From: Planctomycetota bacterium
Lineage (GTDB): Bacteria; Planctomycetota; B15-G4; JADJEK01
DNA length: 64,000 nt
Assembly: GCA_044225365.1 (NCBI GenBank)
Contig: JBGAIQ010000002.1
Coordinates: 96,001-160,000 of the forward strand
Direction of reading: 5' to 3'
This document shows positions 9,952-18,979 of the stretch, piece by piece. Each line of letters opens with the position of its first letter. The stretch's first letter is position 1. The position numbers were made by a program, and so were the translations under genes. Under the pieces are notes generated by a model. The model was not told where the DNA came from. It did not search any database and saw only the letters and a list, made by a program, of their open reading frames with translations.

Positions 9952-10335
9952 TCAGCTCTCGGCCAGCGTCACCTTCTCGTACGCCGCGGCGTCGAGGAGA
10001 CCATCGAGCGCGTTCGCGCTGCTCGGACGCACCTTGACCATCCAGCCCTCGCCGAACGGATCCGACGCGATGCGGTCGAGGTTGTCCGCGAGGTCGGAGT
10101 TGACCTCGACGATGTCGCCGCTGATCGGTGAGTTGAGATCGGAAACCGCCTTCACGGATTCGATCTCCCCGAAGCGCTCGCCCTTCGTCATCTTCTCACC
10201 CACTTCGGGGAGGTCGATGAACACGAGGTCGGTCAGGTGCTTCACCGCGAAATCGGTGATGCCGATCACGACCAGGTCTCCGTCCTTGCGGGCCCATTCG
10301 TGCGACTCGAGATAGCGACAGTTGGTCGGGGCCAC
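9952..10335 (-). CDS. gcvH: Glycine cleavage system H protein
   Basis: SHEWA, GITDFA, lipoyl-lysine motif IESVKA, DPFGEGW. GTG start with a GAGGAG RBS. Confidence 0.96.
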   Translation of the reverse strand: MAPTNCRYLESHEWARKDGDLVVIGITDFAVKHLTDLVFIDLPEVGEKMTKGERFGEIESVKAVSDLNSPISGDIVEVNSDLADNLDRIASDPFGEGWMVKVRPSSANALDGLLDAAAYEKVTLAES

Positions 10336-10418
10336 GGGATCTCCTCAGGAACGATCGATGTTCGAACAGGCCAGGCGAACGATTCCACGTCCGCAGCCGA
10401 TCCGCTCGCGATTCGAGC

Positions 10419-11513
10419 TCAGCTCCGAGCCCTACGGTAGAACGGAAGGGGGACGATTTGAATCGGCGCGGACTGTCCGCGCAAGTCTACAGCGAGGGGT
10501 CGCTTCGCGTCGAGGGCTGCGTTGGCCACATAGGCCGTGCCGATGTTCTTGCCGACGACCGGCGAGAACGTGCCGCTCCGCACGTCGCCCACCACGTGCG
10601 GACCATCGACGATCGCGTATCCGGTGCGCGGAACGCGCTTGTCGTCGGATGTGAATCCGACGAGCGATCGCGGTGCGGCGTGCGCCGCGAGGTCGCGCAG
10701 TGCCTCGCCGCCCACGAACGCGAAGCTCTTCTTCACCGCCCACATCAGGCCGGCCTCGAGCGGAGTCGTCGAGTCGTCGATCTCATGGCCATAGAGCGGC
10801 ATGCCGGCTTCGAGGCGGAGCGTGTCCCGCGCGCCGAGACCGATCGGCGTGATTCCGTGCGGCGCCCCGAGCTCGCACATCCGCTCCCACACGGCCTCGG
10901 CCTGCGAACTCGGGAAGTACATCTCGAATCCGTCCTCGCCGGTGTAGCCCGTGCGAGAGACCATCACGTTCGGCAGGTCACAGAACTCGTCGTAGAAGAA
11001 GTGGTAGTACTTCAACGTTCCGGGATCGCGCTTCGTCAGCGGGCGCATCACTTCGAGCGAGCGCGGACCCTGGATCGCGATCATCGCGAGCGATTCCGAG
11101 AGGTCCTCGATCGTCACTCCGGTTCCTGCGGCGTTTCCTCGCACCCACGCGAGATCGCGGTTGCGATTCCCGGCGTTGAAGCAGACGAACACGCTGTTCT
11201 CCTCGCGATACACCAGCACGTCGTCGATCGTCGTTCCGTCCTCGCGCAGGAGCAGACCGTACTTGATCGCGCCGATCTTCAGATTGGCCGCGTCCGAGGT
11301 GACGAGCCGGTCGACGAACGCGACCGCGTCGGTGCCCGTCACGCGCAGTCGACCCATGTGGCACAGATCGAAGAGCCCACCGGCCTTTCGCACGGTGCGG
11401 GCTTCGTCGAGGATCGACGTGTACTGCACCGGCATGTGGAAGCCGGAGAAGTTGACCATCCGCGCGCCGCGGCGTTCGTGAGCGGAGGAGAGAGGCGTAC
11501 GGATCGCGGTCAT
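10419..11513 (-). CDS. gcvT: Glycine cleavage system T protein (aminomethyltransferase)
   Basis: RTPL, MPVQY, GLFDLCHMG, SRTGYTGEDGFE, GLGARDTLRLEAG. Confidence 0.96.
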   Translation of the reverse strand: MTAIRTPLSSAHERRGARMVNFSGFHMPVQYTSILDEARTVRKAGGLFDLCHMGRLRVTGTDAVAFVDRLVTSDAANLKIGAIKYGLLLREDGTTIDDVLVYREENSVFVCFNAGNRNRDLAWVRGNAAGTGVTIEDLSESLAMIAIQGPRSLEVMRPLTKRDPGTLKYYHFFYDEFCDLPNVMVSRTGYTGEDGFEMYFPSSQAEAVWERMCELGAPHGITPIGLGARDTLRLEAGMPLYGHEIDDSTTPLEAGLMWAVKKSFAFVGGEALRDLAAHAAPRSLVGFTSDDKRVPRTGYAIVDGPHVVGDVRSGTFSPVVGKNIGTAYVANAALDAKRPLAVDLRGQSAPIQIVPLPFYRRARS

Positions 11514-11600
11514 GGGTGCGGCTGCTTTCTGGCTCGGGGAGCGCACCTTTCAACCGGACCGCCGCCTCGAGTGCAAGCGGAAAAGACCGGGGGCGGACGC

Positions 11601-12113
11601 TCAGCCGTCGAACAGGTCTTCCGCGCGAGACCAGTCCAGGCCCTCGATGTCGTCGCGTCCGATGGGCGGCAGCACGCGAAAGCGATCACGCTCCGCCTGC
11701 GATGCGAAGTCGTCGTGAACGCTCTGGCGGGCTCGATTGACGACCGGGCCACGAAGTGGCGCGCGCACCCCTGTTCCGGGCTCGTCCCAGATCGGCTGAT
11801 AGAACCGTTGCGCGAGTTCGAGGAGCGCGTCCTCGGGGAGGTCTTCCGTCGCGAACCGATAGGGATCGAGATAGCGGGCGAGCGCGAATTCGCGGCGAGC
11901 ACGGTCGAACCGCGACAGCCGCATGAAGATCTTCCCGAGGAGGAGATGCGCCGAGAAACTCGGTCCGCCGTACGCGAGGCACTGCTGCACGTGATCCGAA
12001 GCGCGAGCGAACTGTCCGCCGCGATACAGGCTGCGTCCCCGCACGAGATGGATCGCGGCGAGAACGCGGTGGAGCAATCTGGAGAATCGGCGGAAGGCAG
12101 TCATCGGTTTCAC
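11601..12113 (-). CDS. Small TPR-containing hypothetical protein
   Basis: TPR-like AHLLLGKIFMRLSRFDRARREFALARYLDP. Divergent from the DUF4388/Mgl operon. Confidence 0.6.
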   Translation of the reverse strand: MKPMTAFRRFSRLLHRVLAAIHLVRGRSLYRGGQFARASDHVQQCLAYGGPSFSAHLLLGKIFMRLSRFDRARREFALARYLDPYRFATEDLPEDALLELAQRFYQPIWDEPGTGVRAPLRGPVVNRARQSVHDDFASQAERDRFRVLPPIGRDDIEGLDWSRAEDLFDG

Positions 12114-12375
12114 CGCGGGACTGGAACGATCGTAACAGAACTCGCCACGCCCCGCAGTCGCTTTGACGCGCCATCGCGCGAGAATGTCCCGAAGAGAATC
12201 TTCAAAAGCAGCGGGGGGTGAAAACCGATAGGGACAGGGAAAGAACAGACGAGGGGGTACGTCGGGCCCGAGGCGTCGAGCGATCGCCTGCGATGTGCGT
12301 TCCGAGCAGGACCGCAGCGATTCGATGACGCCAATGGCGCGGTAACCCGAAGCCCTTCAACGGTCTGCCCGAAAC

Positions 12376-15300
12376 ATGCCACTCCGCGGCGAACTCGACA
12401 GCGTCGATCTCGCGCACGTCTTCCAGATGCTGGTGCTCAACGAGAAGGCGGGCACCTTGGAGATCGTGCATGAGGGAGCCAAGCGTCACCTGTACTTCGG
12501 CCCGGGCGGAGTGCAGATCCGATGCGATCGCAGTCTCGTCGAGGAGCGAGTCGTTCGCGGACTCGTTCGCGTCGGGCGGCTGAACCCGAAGGACCTCGAG
12601 AAGGCCCGATGCAACGCATCGATGTCCCGCAAGGAGATCCTCGACACGCTCGTGGAGATGGGGCTCCTCGACGCGAACGATCGCGAACATGCGATGAAAG
12701 CCGAGCACGAGGAAGAGGTCTACGAGCTCTTCTTCCTTCGAGGCGCCACGTTCGAGTTCCGCGACAAGGAGACCCCTCAAGGGCTCCCGGAGCCCCCGAT
12801 CGTGTTGTCCGCCCACGGCCTCGTGATCGAAGCGGCGCGGCGCGTCGACGAGTGGTCGTACATCCAGCAGCACGTCCACTCCGGCACGGACATCTTCGAG
12901 CGCGCGTGCGATCTCTCGAAGTTCGACGAGCGCGAGCGCACTCCGGAATTGGAATCGGTCCAAGCGGCGCTCGATGGCGTGTCGACCGTCGACGAAGTGA
13001 TCGCGACCACCGGGATCTGTCGATTCCTCGTCTTCCGCCAGATCGCATTGCTCTCCGAACGGGGCGCGGCGAGCCTCGTCCCGGCAAACGTTCTCGTCGA
13101 ACGTTCGGTGCAACTCGTCGCTGCGGATCGCTTGATCTCCGCGGCGAACTGCCTCGAACGCGCGATCGAGGACGGCATCAAGAGCATCGAGGTCTACACC
13201 CGCCTCGGGCAATGCCTCGAATCCCTCGGCCGGATCTCGCGCGCCGCACAACGCTACTTCGACGCGGCCCAGATCGCGGAGCGCGACGAGAAGTTCGACT
13301 CGGCGATCGCGCTCTACTTACGAGTGCGTGAACTCCTGCCGACTCGAATCGACGCGCGCCTGCGTCTCTTCGCAATGCGTGAACGAGTTCAGCGCTGCGC
13401 ACCCGCCAGCGTCTACGACACCGAGGTCGAGGGCAAGGAACTCACGCGTGTCCTGCACGAACTCGGACGCCGCGGCGACGTCCAGGCGGTGCTCGCCGGG
13501 CTGATGGAATTCGCTGGCGACGAACCCGCGCGACTCGAACGCGTTGGCGACCTCGCCGGGATGGTGGGGCAGCGCGCGGTCGCGGTCGAGTCGCTGCTGC
13601 GCGCGAGTGATCGACGCCAGAAGCAGGGCGATCTCGCCGGAGCGCTCCACACCCTGCGACGGGCACAGACGCTCGAGCCGTCGCGCGAAGAGTTGACGGC
13701 ACGCGTGCGGTCGCTGCAGAGCGTCCTCTTCGATCGTCGCGATCGGCGCCGTTCGACGATGCGCGCGCTCGCGATGGCTCTCGGGTTCTGCCTGCTGTTC
13801 GTCGTGTACGGCCAATATTCGAAGGCCGCACTCGATGCCTACGGCCAGTACTCGATCGAGGACTTCATCGCCGCGAAGGACTTCGAACGCGGCAAGGATC
13901 ACTACGAATCGATCCGCGGCCGGTACCCGCTCACGATCCCGTTCCTGCTCGCCGGGGAGAAGATCCGCGAACTCGAGATCCACGAGCGGCACAACGCCGA
14001 GATCGAAGACTATCGGCGGCAGGTGCAGGGCGAACAGGCTGCGACGAATCTGAAGCAGGCCAAGTCGCTGCGCGACGCCGCGCTCGAGGCGCGCCATTCG
14101 GGCGACTATCGGAAGTCTCTCGATCTGCTGCGTCGCGCGAAGACCTATTGCGGCGGGAAGGACCCGCTCGAACTAGTCGATGCGATCAAGTCCCTCGAGG
14201 ACTACCTGGCCCAGGCGGCGCGGCTGCGCAGCGAGGCGCAGTTCTTCCGCAATGCGGGTCGATTCGAGGAGGCGCACGATCGCCTCGTCGAACTGCTTCA
14301 GAAGTACAAGAACGCGCCCGATCTCGACGACATCCTCCTGCCCGTGAAATTCGAGACGAAGCCGGACGGGGCGAGGATCCGCATCGAAGGCAAGGCTCTA
14401 CGCAGCGGCGAGGGCGCGACGAGCGTCGAAGCCGAGACGCCGTTCGTCGTCGATCTCCCCGCCGATCGCTCGGTCGACGTCGAACTCGTCCACGACGGAT
14501 TCGTTCCCTACACGTTGCGACTCGATGCTCGCGACACCGGCCGCCTCGCCGTGACGCTGCCGCAACGGCCATCCCTCGAGGCTTTCCTGCCGCGCGCGGT
14601 CGCTCAGCCCTTCGTCTCCGACGGATCCGATCTCTACGTCGCACTCGAGAACGGACGGATCTCCTCCCTGAACGCAGCGACCCTCGAGGTGAAGTGGACG
14701 CGCGAGCTACCCGAGCTCGCGGAGATCGCGGCTCCGCTCGCGATCGACGAGAAATCGTTGTTCGTACCCGCCAGCCCGCATCAGATCGTGCGACTGTCGC
14801 GCAAGGATGGCTCGGCGTTCCAACGCATCGACCTCCCCGATCGACCCGCTTCGGCACCGGTGCTGCTCGAGGGCCGCATCGCCGTGCGCTGCGTCGGCGG
14901 TCGCCTCGCTCTCGGTAGCGTCGATTCGAACGTCCTGGAAGTCGTGAACCTCCCATCGCCTGCGATCCTCGGACCTCTCCTGCTCCCGGGGTCCCGCCTC
15001 GCCGTCGTGTGCGAAGATGGTCGGGTCTGGGTCCGCAGCTTCGACGGCACGCTCAGCGCGCTTCGCGGATCCGAACTGCCGATCGGACGCGTCACGGCGA
15101 TGGCCGCCGACGACACCACCCTGTGGCTCGGTGACGACACGGGTTCGCTATTCGTCTTCGACGCCGGTGACCAAGCCTATCGCTGCTCCCTGCGCGTGTT
15201 CGACGGAGCCCCGATCGATCGGATCAGTCCCGATCGCGAACTTCCCGCCGTGGGCGCGGGCAATCGGATCGCGGTGGTCGATTGTCGTTCGAATCGGGTG

Positions 15301-15525
15301 AGCGACGCGATCGACGACGGCGCTGCGCTCGCGGAGTCCTCCGGGAAGTACCTTGCCGCGATCGCGATCGACGGAACCGTTCGAATCCTCGAGCGTGGTC
15401 ATCTGAAGACGATCGCAAGTTTCGCCTGCGGGGAGAAGCTCCTTCCGGTCGGCGCCCTGAAGGGCGAGCAGGGCTGGTTCGCTGCGGCCGGCGGTCGCGT
15501 GCTCGGGGTTCGCGTCCCCGATTGA
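12376..15525 (+). CDS. DUF4388 + TPR + TM + PEGA + PQQ-like beta-propeller protein
   Basis: N-terminus MPLRGELDSVDLAHVFQML...KAGTL...LVIEAARRVDEW (DUF4388), then TPR-like helices. TM ALAMALGFCLLFVVYG at about 13765-13812. PEGA-like VKFETKPDGARIRIEG...ETPFVV. Propeller repeats LYVALENGRISSLN...KW and LWLGDDTGSLFVFD. Confidence 0.75.
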   Translation: MPLRGELDSVDLAHVFQMLVLNEKAGTLEIVHEGAKRHLYFGPGGVQIRCDRSLVEERVVRGLVRVGRLNPKDLEKARCNASMSRKEILDTLVEMGLLDANDREHAMKAEHEEEVYELFFLRGATFEFRDKETPQGLPEPPIVLSAHGLVIEAARRVDEWSYIQQHVHSGTDIFERACDLSKFDERERTPELESVQAALDGVSTVDEVIATTGICRFLVFRQIALLSERGAASLVPANVLVERSVQLVAADRLISAANCLERAIEDGIKSIEVYTRLGQCLESLGRISRAAQRYFDAAQIAERDEKFDSAIALYLRVRELLPTRIDARLRLFAMRERVQRCAPASVYDTEVEGKELTRVLHELGRRGDVQAVLAGLMEFAGDEPARLERVGDLAGMVGQRAVAVESLLRASDRRQKQGDLAGALHTLRRAQTLEPSREELTARVRSLQSVLFDRRDRRRSTMRALAMALGFCLLFVVYGQYSKAALDAYGQYSIEDFIAAKDFERGKDHYESIRGRYPLTIPFLLAGEKIRELEIHERHNAEIEDYRRQVQGEQAATNLKQAKSLRDAALEARHSGDYRKSLDLLRRAKTYCGGKDPLELVDAIKSLEDYLAQAARLRSEAQFFRNAGRFEEAHDRLVELLQKYKNAPDLDDILLPVKFETKPDGARIRIEGKALRSGEGATSVEAETPFVVDLPADRSVDVELVHDGFVPYTLRLDARDTGRLAVTLPQRPSLEAFLPRAVAQPFVSDGSDLYVALENGRISSLNAATLEVKWTRELPELAEIAAPLAIDEKSLFVPASPHQIVRLSRKDGSAFQRIDLPDRPASAPVLLEGRIAVRCVGGRLALGSVDSNVLEVVNLPSPAILGPLLLPGSRLAVVCEDGRVWVRSFDGTLSALRGSELPIGRVTAMAADDTTLWLGDDTGSLFVFDAGDQAYRCSLRVFDGAPIDRISPDRELPAVGAGNRIAVVDCRSNRVSDAIDDGAALAESSGKYLAAIAIDGTVRILERGHLKTIASFACGEKLLPVGALKGEQGWFAAAGGRVLGVRVPD

Positions 15526-15653
15526 CGCGGGGCGGTGGGAGCCGCGGCTCCGCTCCCCGAATCCTGGAATCACCCACAAGCAGGCGGCCCGATGTTCCGA
15601 TAAGGGAGATGGACCGGGCGCGGCGGCGTCGTGCGGGTCATAGCGGAGTCGTC

Positions 15654-16796
15654 ATGGGATTCCTGGATTTCTCGAGGCAGAAGATGCGACTGGCGAGACT
15701 GCGCAAGCAGCTCGAAGCAGAGCCGCGTCCGCACGCACTCGCCGAGTTGGCGCGATCGTATCTCGCTCTCGGTGAGCGCGAGCTGGCGGAGGAAGTGCTG
15801 CAACTCGCCGAGCGATGCTTCCCGGACTCGGATAGCGTTCGTCGCGTTCGCAGTGGATTGCTCCGCGGCGCCGATCTCGATGGACGCCTCCAGCAAGCCA
15901 AGGAAGCGGTTCGCACGCGCCCGTCGGTCGCGGCCTGGCTCGAACTCGCGGACGCCTATCGCGCGGTCGGGCGAGACGACCAATACGGCGCGACCCTGCG
16001 CGAGGCGTTCGAGCGGTTCCAAGAGGACACCACGGTCCTCATGCAGATGGGTGAGCTGCGCTATCGCCGCTTCCTCGAGAGTCTCGCGACTCCCGACGGC
16101 AAGGCAGCGCTCGAACTCTACCAACGCGCGATCCATGCCGATCGCGACAATCTGAAGGCGCGCTTCCAGTTCGCCGAGCTCCTCTACCGAATCGGCGCGG
16201 TGCGCAGTGCGGCGGCGCAGCTCGAGAAGCTCGTCACGATCGCTCCCGAGCACGATCGCGCGGCGAGGCTCCTCCTCGCGATCGGCGAGTTGAAGGCGGT
16301 TCCCGGGGAGTCGAAGGCCAAGCCCTCGGCCGAGCCGTCGATCGATGCCAGCGAAGACCTCTTGTCGCTGTTCGCGCGCGTCGAGGAGCGCATGGAGCTT
16401 CCGAACGCGCGCCTGCCGTGGGAACCGGTGACGTCGTCCCCGATCACGCCGAGTTCGACCACCGACGATCCATCGACCGAGGTCGAACGCCTCGCGAACG
16501 AGTCGCTCGCGAAACAGGTCGTGTACTTCGATCCGAGCGGCGGCATGCACGCGCGACGCTGCGAGCCCGAACTCGCCGACGGCGTGCATCGCATCTCCGA
16601 GGCCTGTCAACGCGCGGCGCGGGGGATGGAGCTCGGCACGCCCTCACGGTTCACGATCGAGTGTGAAGGCGGCTCGTTGGTCCTCGAGATGAAGCGCGGA
16701 TGTGCGATCGGTCTCCTGATGCCCGCGAAGGCGCCGCTCGAAGGCGCAGCCACGTCGGCGCGCGATTCGCTCGAACGAATGTCGCGAGGTGCATGA
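15654..16796 (+). CDS. TPR protein with a C-terminal roadblock/LC7-like domain
   Basis: Several TPR-like repeats and a P/S/T linker, then QVVYFDPSG...CQRAARGMELGTPSRFTIECEGGSLVL (roadblock pattern). Start at ATG 15654 after GGAG. Confidence 0.7.
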   Translation: MGFLDFSRQKMRLARLRKQLEAEPRPHALAELARSYLALGERELAEEVLQLAERCFPDSDSVRRVRSGLLRGADLDGRLQQAKEAVRTRPSVAAWLELADAYRAVGRDDQYGATLREAFERFQEDTTVLMQMGELRYRRFLESLATPDGKAALELYQRAIHADRDNLKARFQFAELLYRIGAVRSAAAQLEKLVTIAPEHDRAARLLLAIGELKAVPGESKAKPSAEPSIDASEDLLSLFARVEERMELPNARLPWEPVTSSPITPSSTTDDPSTEVERLANESLAKQVVYFDPSGGMHARRCEPELADGVHRISEACQRAARGMELGTPSRFTIECEGGSLVLEMKRGCAIGLLMPAKAPLEGAATSARDSLERMSRGA

Positions 16797-17155
16797 TGCG
16801 CGAGATCCTCACGGAGCTTCGAAAGCAGATCGGCGTGCGGGGATCGCTCCTCGTATCGCGCGATGGAGTGATCGTCGCCACCGAGCTCGGTGACGGCCTC
16901 GATCCCGAATCGGTGGCCGCGCTGACGTCGCAAGTGATCGCGGAGGCGACTCGCGCCGCGGAGAAGCTGTCGTTGAAGAGCATCCGTCGAATGATGCTGA
17001 CGTCGAGCTTCGGACGGTTGTTGTTCGAACCCCTCGGCGAGCTCGTGCTCGTCGTCGCAACCGAGCCAGGGCTCGACCTCGAGCACCTGCTCCTCGAGAT
17101 CGCGCGTCCAGCGCGCCGGATTCGCGAACAGTCGCGCCTCGATTCCACGACCTGA
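16793..17155 (+). CDS. Roadblock/LC7 domain protein (MglC/MglB-like)
   Basis: GVRGSLLVSRDGVIVA...ESVAAL. ATGA overlap with the upstream stop. Confidence 0.88.
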   Translation: MMREILTELRKQIGVRGSLLVSRDGVIVATELGDGLDPESVAALTSQVIAEATRAAEKLSLKSIRRMMLTSSFGRLLFEPLGELVLVVATEPGLDLEHLLLEIARPARRIREQSRLDSTT

Positions 17156-17199
17156 GATCCAAGAGTTCCCGAAGGCTGCAGAGGCAACAGGCACACACC

Positions 17200-18441
17200 A
17201 TGGTTCAGATCAACTTCGCCCGTAAGGAGATCAACTGCAAGCTCGTCTACTACGGACCCGGGATGTCCGGCAAGACGACGAACCTCGAAATGGTCCACAA
17301 GCGGACCCCGGAAGCCCACAAGGGCGACCTCACGTCGATCTCGACCGATGGCGATCGCACGCTCTTCTTCGACTTCATGCCGCTCGATCTCGGCGAGATC
17401 GCGGGGATGAAGACGAAGTTCCACCTCTACACCGTCCCCGGCCAGGTGTACTACAACTCGACGCGCAAGCTCGTGCTGAATGGCGCCGATGGCGTCATCT
17501 TCATCGCCGACTCCTCGCGCTCGAAGCTGCAGGAGAATCGCGAATCGCTCGAGAACCTGCGCGAGAACCTCGCCGAGATGGGCAAGGAGTACGCGAAGTT
17601 CCCGATCGTGCTGCAGTGGAACAAGCGCGACATCGAGGATGCGATGCCGGTCGAGGAGCTCGAACGCGAGCTCAACCCGATGCGCTTCCCGACGGTCGAG
17701 GGAATCGCGGCGAAGGGTGAAGGCGTCTTCCAGACCCTGAAGCTGCTGTCCGCCAAGGTGCTCGCCAGCATCAACTCGACGGAGCGCATCGGTCTTTCCG
17801 GCGCGGCTCTCGGCGGTGCGCGCGGCGGCTCCGCACCTCCGACGCCGATGGGCAACGGACCCGATTCGGGTCGCATTCGTTCGCCGAGTCCTCCGTCTGG
17901 CACGTTGCGCATCGAGCGCAACGAAGTCGGCGCAGCGACGTGTGAGGCCGCAGCCGTCTCCGGCAAGCGCGAGGCCACCGCGCCTGCGGCTCCCGCGCCG
18001 GCCGCGGCGCCAGTGAAGCCCGCGATCGCGCCCGCTGCGCAAGCCAAACCCGCGCTAGCGTCGAGCCCGCTCGAGAGCGTCGGGGGTGCCGGTCGCGCAC
18101 CGACTCCGGACACGCCTTCCTCGGCCGGTCGCCTCGCGGCGAGCCGCCCGAGCTCGGGGCCGGCGAGTAGCGTCGTCGCAGCCAATCCACCTTCACGCAC
18201 CGTGTCTCAAGAACCTGCGCGCGTCTCCACCGACAGCGCCTTGATCGCGAGCATGGCGAAGCGGGCGACCCCGCAACAGCGTGTGCAAGCTCCGTCCAGC
18301 CTCTCCCAGGGAGTGCGAGTGATCGGAGCGCTGCCGCGTCGCGAGCCGGAGAGCAGCACCTCGCTCAAGACGTTCTTCACGTTCGGACTGATCGTCGCGG
18401 CCGCCGCGGGCGCGGCGACGTGGTTCCTGCTGCATCGCTAA
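17200..18441 (+). CDS. mglA: MglA-family small GTPase with a Pro/Ala-rich extension and C-terminal TM anchor
   Basis: INFARKEINCKLVYYGPGMSGKTTNL, TDGDRTLFFDF, LYTVPGQVYY, GADGVIFIADS and NKRD all match Myxococcus MglA. Tail TFFTFGLIVAAAAGAATWFLLHR. Confidence 0.9.
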   Translation: MVQINFARKEINCKLVYYGPGMSGKTTNLEMVHKRTPEAHKGDLTSISTDGDRTLFFDFMPLDLGEIAGMKTKFHLYTVPGQVYYNSTRKLVLNGADGVIFIADSSRSKLQENRESLENLRENLAEMGKEYAKFPIVLQWNKRDIEDAMPVEELERELNPMRFPTVEGIAAKGEGVFQTLKLLSAKVLASINSTERIGLSGAALGGARGGSAPPTPMGNGPDSGRIRSPSPPSGTLRIERNEVGAATCEAAAVSGKREATAPAAPAPAAAPVKPAIAPAAQAKPALASSPLESVGGAGRAPTPDTPSSAGRLAASRPSSGPASSVVAANPPSRTVSQEPARVSTDSALIASMAKRATPQQRVQAPSSLSQGVRVIGALPRREPESSTSLKTFFTFGLIVAAAAGAATWFLLHR

Positions 18442-18463
18442 AGAGGGATGGGAGGCCAAACCA

Positions 18464-18967
18464 ATGACCACCGACAAGATGCTGCGTGAATCACGGCTCG
18501 TGTTCTACAAGGACCTGATCGATCAGGTCGATCGCATCCTCGGCGAGTTCCTGCGCAAAGCCGGAGCCCGCACGGCGATCCTCGTCGACAAGGACGGACA
18601 CCTCATCACTCGCGCGGGTGAGCTCGGTTCGTTCGATCCCGACACGATCTCGGCGCTCGTCGCGAACGCGTTCGCCGCGACTCGCGAGATGGCGAAGTTG
18701 CTCGGCGAACGCGAGTTCTCCGCACTCTTCCATCAGGGCGCGCACGACAACATCCAGCTCTCGCTGGTAGGCGACCGCGCGATCCTCACGGTCCTCTTCG
18801 ACGACCAGACGACGCTCGGCATGGTGCGCCTCTACGTCAGCGAAGCCGTGAAGCGGATCTCCGATCTGTTCGACCGCGCGCAGAAGTCGATCCACGGCCA
18901 CTCCGAGGCGATCGATCCGCACTACAACGCGGACGCGCAGGCCGCGCTCGACAAGCTGTTCTCCTGA
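18464..18967 (+). CDS. mglB: MglB (roadblock-domain GAP of MglA)
   Basis: LVFY, LVDKDGHLI, LLGEREFSALFHQG, FDDQTTLGMVRL and the C-terminal LDKLFS parallel M. xanthus MglB. GGAGG RBS. Confidence 0.9.
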   Translation: MTTDKMLRESRLVFYKDLIDQVDRILGEFLRKAGARTAILVDKDGHLITRAGELGSFDPDTISALVANAFAATREMAKLLGEREFSALFHQGAHDNIQLSLVGDRAILTVLFDDQTTLGMVRLYVSEAVKRISDLFDRAQKSIHGHSEAIDPHYNADAQAALDKLFS

Positions 18968-18979
18968 TCGGGGACCGAG

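Noticed and set aside
11514-11600. Glycine riboswitch upstream of gcvT
   Set aside because: The gap is too short and lacks the GGAGA/CCGAAG/CTCAGG aptamer motifs.
12376-15525. Membrane-coat-like protein (propeller + solenoid)
   Set aside because: The domain order is reversed and a TM separates the parts, unlike PVC membrane-coat proteins.
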